Assembly: GCA_002189035.1 (NCBI GenBank)
Contig: NEEC01000016.1
Location: forward strand, 2,565,908-2,629,907
DNA from: Utricularia gibba
Taxonomy: Eukaryota > Plantae > Magnoliophyta
Length of the DNA: 64,000 nt
Direction of reading: 5' to 3'
This document shows, piece by piece, positions 25,038-35,914 of the stretch (position 1 is its first letter; each line of letters opens with the position of its first letter). The translations under genes were made by a program, and so were the position numbers. The notes under the pieces were generated by a model. The model saw nothing but the letters and a program-made list of their open reading frames with translations, did not search any database and was not told the origin of the DNA.

Positions 25038-25334
25038 TAGAGATGTTCTATTTCAGGACTTTTAGTCATTTTTCATGTATGTGGTGAGGATTCTCCTCCT
25101 CTTTGAGTGCTTGTACCCTCTTAACTTATCAAGCTTTGAGCTTGTGGCATTCTAGGATTATCACTTCCAATCCCTTCTCTTTTCTGAAGTGTGGCTCCTA
25201 ATTTTCTTAGTTTCGAAGTCTGGTTGCATGAGATTCATTCTCTTGAGGGTAGACTTGGGTAGGTTAATTTCTAAGCTTCAGAATCATCGCCTGTTTGTGG
25301 GTTGCTAATCTCAATAGATTAGAGGGTCACATCA
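25038..25334 (+). mobile_element. 3' half of a CRM-like LTR
   Basis: Reverse complement of 15436-15733; ends GGGTCACATCA inside the Athila RT start; other half replaced by copia B. Confidence 0.85.
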
Positions 25335-28200
25335 CATCCTCCAACCATTCTGCACTCTTGTGGGAATAAGTTCCCTTTGTTCATTGTTCATCACTGTAAT
25401 ACCAGTTTTCTTTGGGACAACCTGCATAGGGCTAACCCACTCACTTTCAGATATAGGATAAATGATACCTGCGGATAACAGCTTCAAAATCTCTTTCTTG
25501 ACTCCTTCCACCATTGGGGGGTTCAGTCTCCTCTGTGGCTATCGAAATGGCTTCGTCCCATCCTCTAGGTAAATCCTGTGAGTGTAAATAGAAGGGCTGA
25601 TTCCCTTGATGTCAGAAGTCCAACCAATTGCTTGTTTATGCTCTTGAAGCACAACCTTAAGCTTCTCCTCCTGTTTTAAGGTTTGTAAACTAGAAACAAT
25701 AACGGGTAGGGTCTCATCATCACCAAGAAACAAATATTTCAAATGTTCGGGCAAAGTCTTTAACTCTAATGATGGTGCTCGAATAACAGAAGGCACTAGC
25801 AGCTCGCTAGGTGTTTCCAAGCTAAGAAAAGAAACATCTTGCACATGAGGTTCGTTGGGTGGATCATCTGAATGATTAAAGACTTCAAGTTCAGCACGAG
25901 GAAAGTCTTCAGATTGAGAAATTTCCGTGTCTAGATCAGATTCGGGCACTTGTTCATGAATCATTGCATAGGGATATGTGTCAGTTTCGCATGCGGAGAT
26001 TGCATGTATCTCATTGATCTGTTCAGGATGCTTCATGGCTTTGTCAATACTGAATTCCATCACCTGTACATCGAACTGAAGACTGATGGTGCCTGCTTGA
26101 ACTGATCTTTGTTTTTGCAGTAGCCATGAATGGTTGTCCCAAAATAATGGACTCTGAAACCTTAGGGTTATCACTTTCCATGAGAATAACCAAAAAGTCA
26201 GTTGGAAAAACTAAATCCTTAACATGAACAAAAACATCTTCAATTCTACCATATGGTGTAACTTGTGATCTATCTGCTAATTGACATACAACATTCGTCG
26301 GTTCAAGTTTGCCTAACTTAGATGCAAGAGACAAATAAAGAGATCTAGGCATAACGTTAACCGAAGCACCAAGATCACACATAGCTACTGAAATCTTTGT
26401 ATTTCCAATGGTAACGGGAATTGAAAACATACCGGGATCCTTACACTTACACGGCATTCTCCTTTGAATGATGGCTGAAATGTTTTCAGTCAAAGTGATT
26501 ACTTCTTTTTCCACCTTTGCTTTCTTCTTCGGGTTACATAGGTCCTTCAACAACTTGGCATACTTGAGGACCTGTTCAATCATATCAAGAAGAGGAATAG
26601 AAACATTAACCTTCTTCATCATTTCCATAAAAGTTTTCAGTCCTTTCTTGTCCTTGTTCCTTCTTCGAAGCCTCATCAGGAAGGGTGGCGGTATGACCAA
26701 TGGCTTGGTCTGAGGAATTTCGCTTGCCTCCTTCTCTTGAACATCCTCAGGTGGCTTCGGAATATCATTGTTCTGCACTGGTGAGTCATCTAGGTCGTCA
26801 CCAATGATTTCTTCATCAACATCAAAATCACTGTCTATGACCTCTAGCTCCTTTTCTTCGGACCTATCTACCTTGTTTGTGAACCATGGGTAAGGGTCTG
26901 GTAGGTCAGTTCCACTTCTCAGTGAGATGGCATTTTGTGTTCTGGATTCTGCACTGGTTGTGATGGCAATCCTCCCTTTGTTTCCAGACGATTCATTGCT
27001 TGTGCAAGCTGAGTAATCTGGCCTTGAATACTTGTGATTTGGCCCTTCATGTCTTTCTGCTCAGCATGCATCTTGGTGGTGCTTTCAGCAACAGATTTGA
27101 CCATGGCCTCTAAACTGTGATTCGATTGGTATGGGACCATATGTTGTTCTGGAGGTCCGGTTATCTGCAATGGTGGCCCAGTGATAGTCTTCTGAGGAAT
27201 ACCAGGTGGGTTCCCTAATGATGGTGCTTGACCAGGGGGTGTTGGCTGTCTCCAGCGAAAACCAGGATGGTCTCTTCGAGGCATTTGATAATTTCCATAG
27301 TTGTACGTCCCACCTTGGTTTTGATACCAGGCATTAATTTCTTCCATTGGCATTTCAGGAGCTCTTGATCCAGTGTCAAAATGAGATGGCATAGAACTTG
27401 AGGTTGCTTGATATCCTTCCTTTTGTTGAAGCAAGGCTTGAAGACCAAACTTCAACGTGTCGCTCATTTCTGCAAGTTGAGCCAATACTTCTGAGTTGTC
27501 CGCTCCATAGACTGCTTTTGCTATTCCAATGCTTCCACCAGGTGGTCTATAGGAGTTGTCATAACGATTGGCTTTGGAATAGGAATTAGCAGCCATTTAT
27601 TCAATGAGTCCGCAGGCATTAGCACTGTGACGGTTCGCTAATAATGATCCATTACAAGCGGCATCCATCTGTCCTCGGATCATAGGAGTCAATCCTTCAT
27701 AGAAATGCTGCAAGATCTGGCCTTCAGTGAGTCCATGCTGAGGGTAGGAGTTGCAGATTTGGTTGAAACGATCATAATACTCCTGCAAGTTTTCTCCTTT
27801 ACTCTACATCATGGTAGTGAAGGCTCTCCTTCCGGCTAAAGCTCTTCCTAAGGGTGCATAGCGATCCAAGAATTTTTGGACCATCTGCTCCCATGTGGCG
27901 ATAGATGAAGGTGGAAGTCCATAAAGCCACTCCAAAGCCCGTTCGGTAAGACTGAAGGGAAATAATCTAAGCTTGACTTGATTCTCCGTAGTGCCCTTGG
28001 GGCGCATGGATGCACAAGCCGTGTGCAACTCATGTAGATGACGATTGGGGTCGTCATTTTCCTCAATGACCCAATGAGTCCAGATACGAGATCACTACCT
28101 GTCCATTGATCCTGTGGTACGGCCACAGACAAAATGTTGTCTTCTTCCTGCCAAAAGGGCATGAGTTGGTCCTTTCCACCTTGCTCCTCTCCAAAACCCG
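25335..28200 (-). pseudogene. Athila-like gag, protease and RT N-terminus
   Basis: KLRLFPFSL..ALEWL, EYYDRFNQI gag; AMCDLGASVN protease; KKEILKLLSAGIIYPISESEWVSP RT start; stops and frameshifts. Confidence 0.92.
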
Positions 28201-28226
28201 CGGGTAGTGATCAGCTTTAATGAAGA

Positions 28227-28735
28227 TGTTATGGGTGAAATCAGTATTCGGTGAGAGGCCGATTTTAGGTGATAGGCACGGTCGGGAATGCCACACTTAG
28301 TCACCTTCTTCACAGCTAGTACGATTAAAATAAGAGTGCACAAGGATTTTTTTACATGGAAACCGCCGGAGAGCGGAAAAACCACGGAGCTACCGGAGCT
28401 CGCCGGAAAAGAGTTTCACTAGGTGGATGTCGCGAAAAAGGAGAATACAACTTGAAGAAATCTTTTTTGAGTCCAAGCTCTTTCTTGTCATAATTCCGTC
28501 TATTTATAGGAGAGCTCACTCTGACCGAATTCTAGTGTTTGCAAACATCGGTTGCTTTCTGCTCCTGCTATACGATCTCGCTTTTCAGGTATCGGCCGGT
28601 TTTCAGGCTATGTCATATGGCCATACCTGTTAGATTTCTGACAGATGTCGATATGTCGTCTGGCGTTATCCCCTCGGGATCTCTTTTGGCAGCCTTTTGG
28701 GAACTGATTACCCTTGGCCGATTTTTCCCTTATCA
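28227..28735 (-). mobile_element. Tat-like solo LTR (509 bp) with perfect TSD
   Basis: Minus strand TGATAAGGG...CCCATAACA, TSD GAAGA at 28222-28226 and 28736-28740; homologous to LTRs at 7766 and 39022. Confidence 0.9.
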
Positions 28736-29108
28736 GAAGATAAGCTAACGAAACATAGATCTGGTGGTATTCCAACCCAGAATCGAAAGTTTCTAGCCAC
28801 GAACGGCCAAACAAACTAAAAGAAACGAAACAAAGTTCTAGAGAGAAGCTAGATGAAAAATCCTCAAGAGTGAGAAACAAAAGTCTAAACTAAACTGAAG
28901 TAAAAACTAAGCTTGTCTGAGCTTTTATATCCCTGTGATTCTACTGAACTTGGGATGACTTGCAAGCAACGTCTGACACTGGTACGCTAATGATGCTACC
29001 TGTCAGAGACTCCCGTGTTTCACACGTCAAGGCTCATCATTAGGCGTCTGTAGTCTTCTGGAAATCAAGGGAATGTCAGCTCGGGAAACTACGGAGCCAG
29101 AGAGGTGG

Positions 29109-29880
29109 AGCGCCCGCTCCCCTCCCCCCCAAAACTAGAAGGTGTTCCATGGAAAACCATTTAGGTGGCTCGTGACAACCCAAAGTTAATAAATGCATCA
29201 CTTTTTTTGCCGGGCTACAATGACTTTGGGCTCGAGCCTGGTACGACCTCTGGGAAGATTCGAGTGCCCCCGAGAGCGTCTGCACTAGCATAAAGCGTGT
29301 TGTTGAAAAAATCGTGTTGGGTGCACGTGACATCCTAATTTCAACAAATGTGTCACGTTTTTCGCCGAGTGGGACCAGACAAGGCTCATCAGCCAAACCG
29401 AACCCGGGGCCCAAGCCAAGGGCCCCTCGAGAGTGCCCCCCGCAAAACTAGATGGTGTTCCATCAAAAAAAATTAGGCGGCTCATGATAACCCAAAGTTA
29501 AGAAATGCATCAATTTTTTCGCTGGGCTAAAACTGACTTTGGGCTCATGCCTGGTGCAACCCCCAGCCCTTGCGCATATGCAGCAGCACCACGAGGCCAC
29601 ATGGGCTTGGTTTATGCCCGCGTGCTAGAGCAGCAGGCACAAGGCCATACGGTCGTGGAACAAAGCAAACAATCAAAAGCCATCGGGTTTAACCCGTTCG
29701 GGTTGAACAGAAAAATAACCCCATGGGTCATGCAAACTGTAATACCCAGAATTTCATCGGGTTGGGTCCGAACCTGAATGGATCCAACCCAGGCCCATCT
29801 CTAATCATAATCATATGATATATGTTTATTAAATTATAAATAATTGAAATATATTATTTATTAAACCGTAGGATAACTAT
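29109..29880 (+). repeat. diverged partial copy of the array unit (sub-repeats, GC motif, AACCCG-rich block)
   Basis: Collinear with 40176-41020 apart from substitutions and a ~65-bp gap. Confidence 0.9.
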
Positions 29881-29906
29881 ATTAGTTGAAATATATTATT
29901 TATATT

Positions 29907-31238
29907 TTTTGAGAGTCTTGGCGAAGGGATCTGGCGAGGGGTGCCCCAGGGATCGCCAGGTGCAAGGAATGGCGGTGTGGCGAAGTAGGAATGCACCCTT
30001 AACCACGTTCCTAACCCACCCCCATGATGATTGGGACACCAGCGCGGAGAGTTAGGTGTCGCGACCTTCACCCTAGACGCTAAGGCCATTACCTACACCT
30101 AACTCTCCGCGCTAGTGACCCAATCATCATGGGGGTGGGTTAAGAACGTGGTTAACGGTGCATTCCTCCTTCGCCACACCGCCATTCTCTGCACCTGGCG
30201 ATCCCTGGCGGCACCCCTTGCCAGATCCCTTCGCCAAGACTCTCAAAACAGTACAAGTAACGAAACAGTGATCTTATTAAGCCACAAGGATCCAAGTTCC
30301 ACACAAGGCAGCAAGCCTAGGCGCACGGCGCCACAACGTAAGGAAAAACGAGCACAACCAGCAAGGAAATAACACTATCTCACAAAAGGGAAAATAAGGC
30401 AGCAAGCCTCGCCACTCAGCCATCAACCCACATTCTATCGATCACGCCTCACTCCACATCCGCCTCTGCTGCACCCGCCTCGCCATCAGCCACGCCACCT
30501 ACATAAGAAAGAGTAAGGGAAGTCAGTCCTATATCGCACGGCTCCCTCCCTAGGCCTAGACTACTCATATTCACGATGTTTCCCCTCCACACGAAGCATC
30601 ACTTCTGCTCACACACGCTGCCCCTACGAGGCATCTCCGTAACTTCTCGTATCAGCTCGATGCCCATCCTAGGCATCTCTGATGTTCTCGTAATCGATCC
30701 GAACACCTTCCCATACGGAATCCCACACGTTTGGCCCCTCTCCCACTGAGCACAAGTGCTCAGTGTTGCCGCCATGACCGTAGTTCGATGGCCCCGCTTA
30801 TTGCTCGCATGGCCTCACGATCCGCGGCTTCGCCGCGTTGACATTGGGGTGCACTCCCCAATCCCGCCGTAGCTCACAACCCCTTGATCACACAGCGAGG
30901 ACTTTCAAGAAACCAGAACCATGTCTCCACACACGAAGTTAGCTTCCACCAATCTGTCCCGTAGGACAATTCAACCATAAAGCCCTTACCTTTGCGCGAT
31001 TTCTGTCCTCCTCCCGCGGCTGCCGTCTCTCTTAGTTGGTTCTCCTCTACCCAGGGTTCTAGTTCCTCTACTAATACTCGCAGCTGCCCTTTATCGGGTC
31101 TACCCTAAGTCCGTCGGGCCTACCCGAACCCCTAAGGGCTGTTTCGCTAGCACCCTCACCTTGTTAAGGTCAGTCTCCTGACCCTCGCTGTGCCCACATC
31201 CAAGCTGCTGTCCTGAGGCCTGGGTCGGGGGTGTTACA
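29907..31238. mobile_element. family Y LTR, copy Y3, left terminus replaced by an inverted duplication
   Basis: 30060-31238 collinear with Y1, ending GGGTCGGGGGTGTTACA; 29907-30059 is the reverse complement of 30095-30248. Confidence 0.85.
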
Positions 31239-31620
31239 ACAAGGCCACACGGGCGTGGTTTACGCACAACCCATGCCCGTGTGCCCTTGCAATGTAAACA
31301 GGATCCAAATTGGTCCTAAGGATCGACCGTTAATACAAATTTAAAATAAATCATATCCACTCGATTCGAATCATATCTAAAGATCAAAAGCTAATAAAAA
31401 TATTAAAACAAAAAATATACGCTCGATCCGAATCATATCTTAGAATCGAATGCAAATAGAAATATTAAAATAAAAAATATACACTCGATTGGAATCATAA
31501 CTAACGATCGAATGATAATTAAAATTATTAAAATAAAAATGCACACTCCATCCAAAGTATAACTAAAGATCGAATGCTAATAAAATTAAAAAAGTAAGAA
31601 ACCTTCACATGTATTATATG
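31239..31620 (+). repeat. central GC hairpin motif plus right fold-back arm of the array unit, diverged
   Basis: ACAAGGCCACACGGGCGTGG...TTCACATGTA, collinear with 41525-41900. Confidence 0.88.
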
Positions 31621-33114
31621 GTTTACTAAATTCTCCATTTCTTCATTTTTTTAGGTTTTTGTCATTGTACTTAACTAATTACTTCTACTACTCAATGACG
31701 TAAAATAAGTGTACTACGTAAACTAATATTAGATATTTAAAATTAGAGATATTTTATGTAATTACCTATACTACATTTGTATAATATTGTACATCATAAC
31801 ACTCAAATCATTATAGTTTTTCATTTTCTATGTCTTTGACCAGTAGTCTTATCCTCAAAACAATTACAAATAAAAAATATTTAAGTTTGAAATTCTTATT
31901 AAGAAGTTCCATTGTGTTTAAAAAAAGGTCTTTGTGTAAGGTTTACAAGCTAATATCTTGTCTTGGTTGTTAATATGTTTTGAGGAATAATGGTTTGTCC
32001 ATAATATAAAATTCCAATATAATAAAATACTATCAATAACCAAAAGGTTTCACTAAAACAAATAACTACAAGGCATATGCACCAAGAAATCTTATCATTT
32101 GCTAATTTTTCATTGCAATAAGCAATCAATCCACTCTTTGGCTAAATAGTTTTATATAATTTCAAAATATATTTTTATAATTTTTCAGTGCTGTTTTTAT
32201 CTACTTAATACCTCAATCTTCTGACTTTTTTAGGCAGAATTAAGGTTGCATAATATTACTACATATGATGACGCGAATGATGATGATGATTCACACATTA
32301 CTTGAAGTAGTATACTGATCTCCTATCATGTTATCATTGGTGTTGAGATTTTTAAATGTTTTAATTTAATATGAAGTACTAATTGCATTCTAGTGATTCA
32401 TGTGCAAACAGGGCAAATACCTCAACTTTTTTATTTCCTTTACAATTTACCCTACTTTTATAAATATTTTGCTAATCATCAAAAAAATTAGATTTTTTTT
32501 ATATTTTACCTCAACAATATATTTTGAATTTGGAATGTAACATTTCAATTTTAATAGGTTTTAATATTTACGATTTAGTTTTTTTATTTTATTTTGGATT
32601 TAAGTTTTAAAATTTAATGATTTCTTTTGATACATGAATATTATAAATACTCACTTGTCTTATATAATAATTTCTTTTGATATACAATATATATTAATAA
32701 TAAATTTTTTATATAATCTAATTTTGATATTCCATCGTATCATATGTTTGATATTTATACATGAAATTAATTTCATTTTTTTATCTTTAATATAATATTG
32801 AAATTGTTTTAACAAAAACAATGTATCACATTTTATTATTCTTATTATTAGATTTTGAAATACTTTAAATTACAAACATGTTATATATAAGGTAAAACGC
32901 TAATCAAACACTTCTGACAAGGGTAAAACGACGAAGGAAGTGATTCACAAACAATAAATGTTTTTGAATAATAAGGGTTCAACCTGGTGTGAGAACATGA
33001 GCATCGTCGTGTGAGAACCTGAGCATGGAGAGAGAGGCGAAGGACAAGTCATTAATCATCTACTTTCAAGTGCAAGTCACCAAAAAACAAAAAAAAAAAC
33101 TGTAGATGACGAGT

Positions 33115-35787
33115 CTAACTCGTTACGGGTCGGGTAGAGGTTTGACCCATGACAGGTCGACCCGTCTGAATCCGCCCAGTACATATTGACCCGACGAGTT
33201 CACCGTCGGGACTCGACCCGTGCCCTGCATTAGTCTGTCCTCCTGTCTTTGCCTTTTTTTTCTTCTTTTTCATGCCTACAGTTTCACTACCAATTCCATT
33301 AGACTCCACTTTTGCTGCTTCATCTTCCTCTGCATCTCGTTTTCGCTTCTCTTTCTTTTTCTTCTTCTCAGTTGCGGGCTTGTCCTCCTCAACATTCCCC
33401 CCCTTCACTGGTTCAGTTGCCTCCCCATTCTCTGCATATTGTGGATATCAAAACAAATGGGGGTTAGGATAAAAATATGTCCACCTGCTAATGTTAATGA
33501 AAAGGGATCAACCAACAAACGGCTGCCTGCATCAAGTAATAGTTTCAAAGAGAGTAATCAAAACCTTTAATATCGACAGTTTTTAGAGCAGACACCATCA
33601 CGTCAATATTCTTCCTAGGAGCAACACCGTTGTCATAAAAGTCTAATCGCTCCTCCACTTGTTCCCGTAGCTTCTCTCCAAAAGCATTTGTATTCTTCTC
33701 TGTGATACAGATGCATATTTATCTACACGGTTAATTCGTTACACATGAGATCTAATAAACAATTCAGAGAGGGAATGCCTAGTTACCCAAGAAACAGTCA
33801 ATACGAGACGCAATGGAGCATTTGTTGGCAAGATAACGAGCCATGCGTCCTTTATTTCGAGCAGCTGCCCGACCAATGAATGAAGAGTGAAAAATAAGTC
33901 CATATTTTGGAGTGTTCCCATGTGTTTTTAATGCCCTGGAGATAACAAAGAAAACATACATTAAAAAAAAAAAACCATGTATCAATAGCAGCCAAGAAGA
34001 AATAGGCACCTTGAGAAATATACCTGAACAGAGCTTTCTCTGCACCAAGAATCTGAAGAGTTGATGAGGGGCACTTGGCCAAGTTCGTAAGACTACCAGC
34101 ATGTGAAATTAAACGGGCACCAACTACTTCACCAATCAATGCAGCCAAATTGGGGGCTATATCATTCATTTTGGTAACCAAATAGTCATGAAGCTTCTTT
34201 CTGTACTCGGCAAGGTCCATCACCCTCTGTGCAAATAGCTTTACATTAATTAAATCGACGGGTGAGAGATCCTGACCTGACAATAGAAATCCATGTAAGC
34301 ATAGATCCATGGTAGACAACACAATATAGACGGCATGACAATCATAAGCAATGACCTATACATGGCACATCTTAACAAACATACCCATGGATGCTTTGGC
34401 AGCTTCTGTGATTTCCCTTGCCATGTCTTCATCCCCAACTATGTCTGTGAGACCTGATAAATGGTCTTCCGACAACTTAGATTTGTCCTCCACATACTTT
34501 GCAACTTTTGCGTACAAATAATTGTCGGTGACAATTTTCACTAACTCGGGAAAATGCCAAGAGTACCATTCCCTATAAAAATCATGATAGAATGCATTGA
34601 TACAGTCCACCAAACATAAAGCACAACTACACTAGACATCCAATACCAGTACAAAATGAAGTATAGTTAATGCCTTTGATGCAACTGCAATTATGCAGAC
34701 AGCATCATGAAAGGAAAGCACCAACCTTATTCTCATCGAAAAGGAATTGACGTCCTTATCTAGGGTGTCCAATAAAAAAATCGCCTGAATAATCATATTG
34801 TCCACACGATTCACATTAAACTTGACCTTTGCCCTGCTATAGCTGTGCCCTAGACCAAGTTGTGCTTTCTCTAAATCTCCAGGCTGCCGTTGTTCAACAC
34901 AAAGCAATACGAAAAGTATAAATGGATAAAATATACCCTTGAAAATTAGCTCAATATACAGAAAAAAGTGGCCAACCTTTAAGTTTTTGATGAACTGAGC
35001 AAAGTGTAGCCGAATTCCTCGGATAATCTCCAGAATAAACTCATTGCTTTGGCATGGAATTTTAGTCACTTCATAAACATGTGATCCCAGCTTCGGCTCT
35101 GCAACTCCAAGGCTGAATTTTTGTTTCTTGCTCTCCTTCACTTTAGGCAAATTTAACGCCAAGAAACTCCTTAATTCAGGTGTCATCTGACCTAGCCACC
35201 CAAAAAGGAATACCACGTAGGCACAGTTAATATGTACTCAAAACCATATGTACAGCAATTGATATGCATGCTGTATATTCCCACATTAAGCTAGCAGAAT
35301 CTTTAGTTACAGTACAGTTCCAGGCATATTACTAAATTAAATGGAAATATCTGCAATAACGGGGCACGAGTCCACCTTCAACCATAATGGTACATGGAAA
35401 AAAAAATATCAGTATTGATGAGGAGAAAGGAAAGCACGTAATATTCAGAACCTGTAAACACGGCATTCATTTCCAAACAAGCACGTAATATTCAAAACAA
35501 GCATGCTTAGAATATAGAAAAACCAACTCTTGCTCCTTGAAGTTTACTAAGTTCTTATTCAAGTTTAGCCTTTGGAACCTACCTTCAGAGACTGCATTGC
35601 ACTGGTTAAGAGCGTCGAGCGCGGATGCGAAGGGACTAAAGGCAACCAAATTCACCACCTTTCCAAAACGATTCAGGTCCGCAATAGACCCGCGAACAGC
35701 TTCTGTATTCTGACTGATTTCATCAATCTCCTTAGCCACGAACAAGGAGTATCCCGAGGCTGACTCGTACAGCACGTACAGCGCCAT
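33115..35787 (-). CDS. NOP56: nucleolar protein 56 (box C/D snoRNP core), 8 exons, 539 aa
   Basis: Exons (minus) 35787-35583, 35191-34977, 34883-34726, 34572-34385, 34276-34024, 33935-33787, 33699-33565, 33431-33115; all GT-AG, phases consistent, total 1620 nt. Motifs [71 protein letters not shown]-rich tail. N-terminus and [18 protein letters not shown] favour NOP56 over NOP58. Last exon acceptor is less certain. Confidence 0.93.
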
Positions 35788-35914
35788 CGACGACGGCCCG
35801 AGAAGGCAGTGGCTTACTGGAGGCTGCGGTGTCCTGTCAGCGAATGATGGAGCAGCGAAGATCCGGGAAGTCTCAACTCGCGAAGAAGAACGCCGCACAC
35901 CTCTGCTCCCTCCA

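Larger units (their letters stand above)
15980..29070 (-). mobile_element. Athila-like gypsy element 2, fragmented by nested insertions; RT/RH largely lost
   Basis: gag/PR/RT start at 25335-28200, INT at 18863-20058, env-like ORF remnants at 16380-17895, Athila 3' motif TGAGGACA..TAAGTGTGGGG at ~16140-16172 (minus). Neither LTR retained. Assignment of both halves to one copy is inference from orientation and domain order. Confidence 0.75.

Noticed and set aside
32265-32318. Possible box C/D snoRNA (ATGATGA...CTGA)
   Set aside because: Only 54 nt, box C lies in an ATG microsatellite, no terminal stem and no recognisable rRNA guide.
32985-33030. Direct repeat GTGTGAGAAC(A/C)TGAGCAT x2 downstream of NOP56
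   Set aside because: Two copies of a 17-mer with no further support for function.
33432-35582. Intronic snoRNAs in NOP56 (as in vertebrates)
   Set aside because: No sense-strand RTGATGA/CTGA pair found in the introns by eye; most introns are too short.
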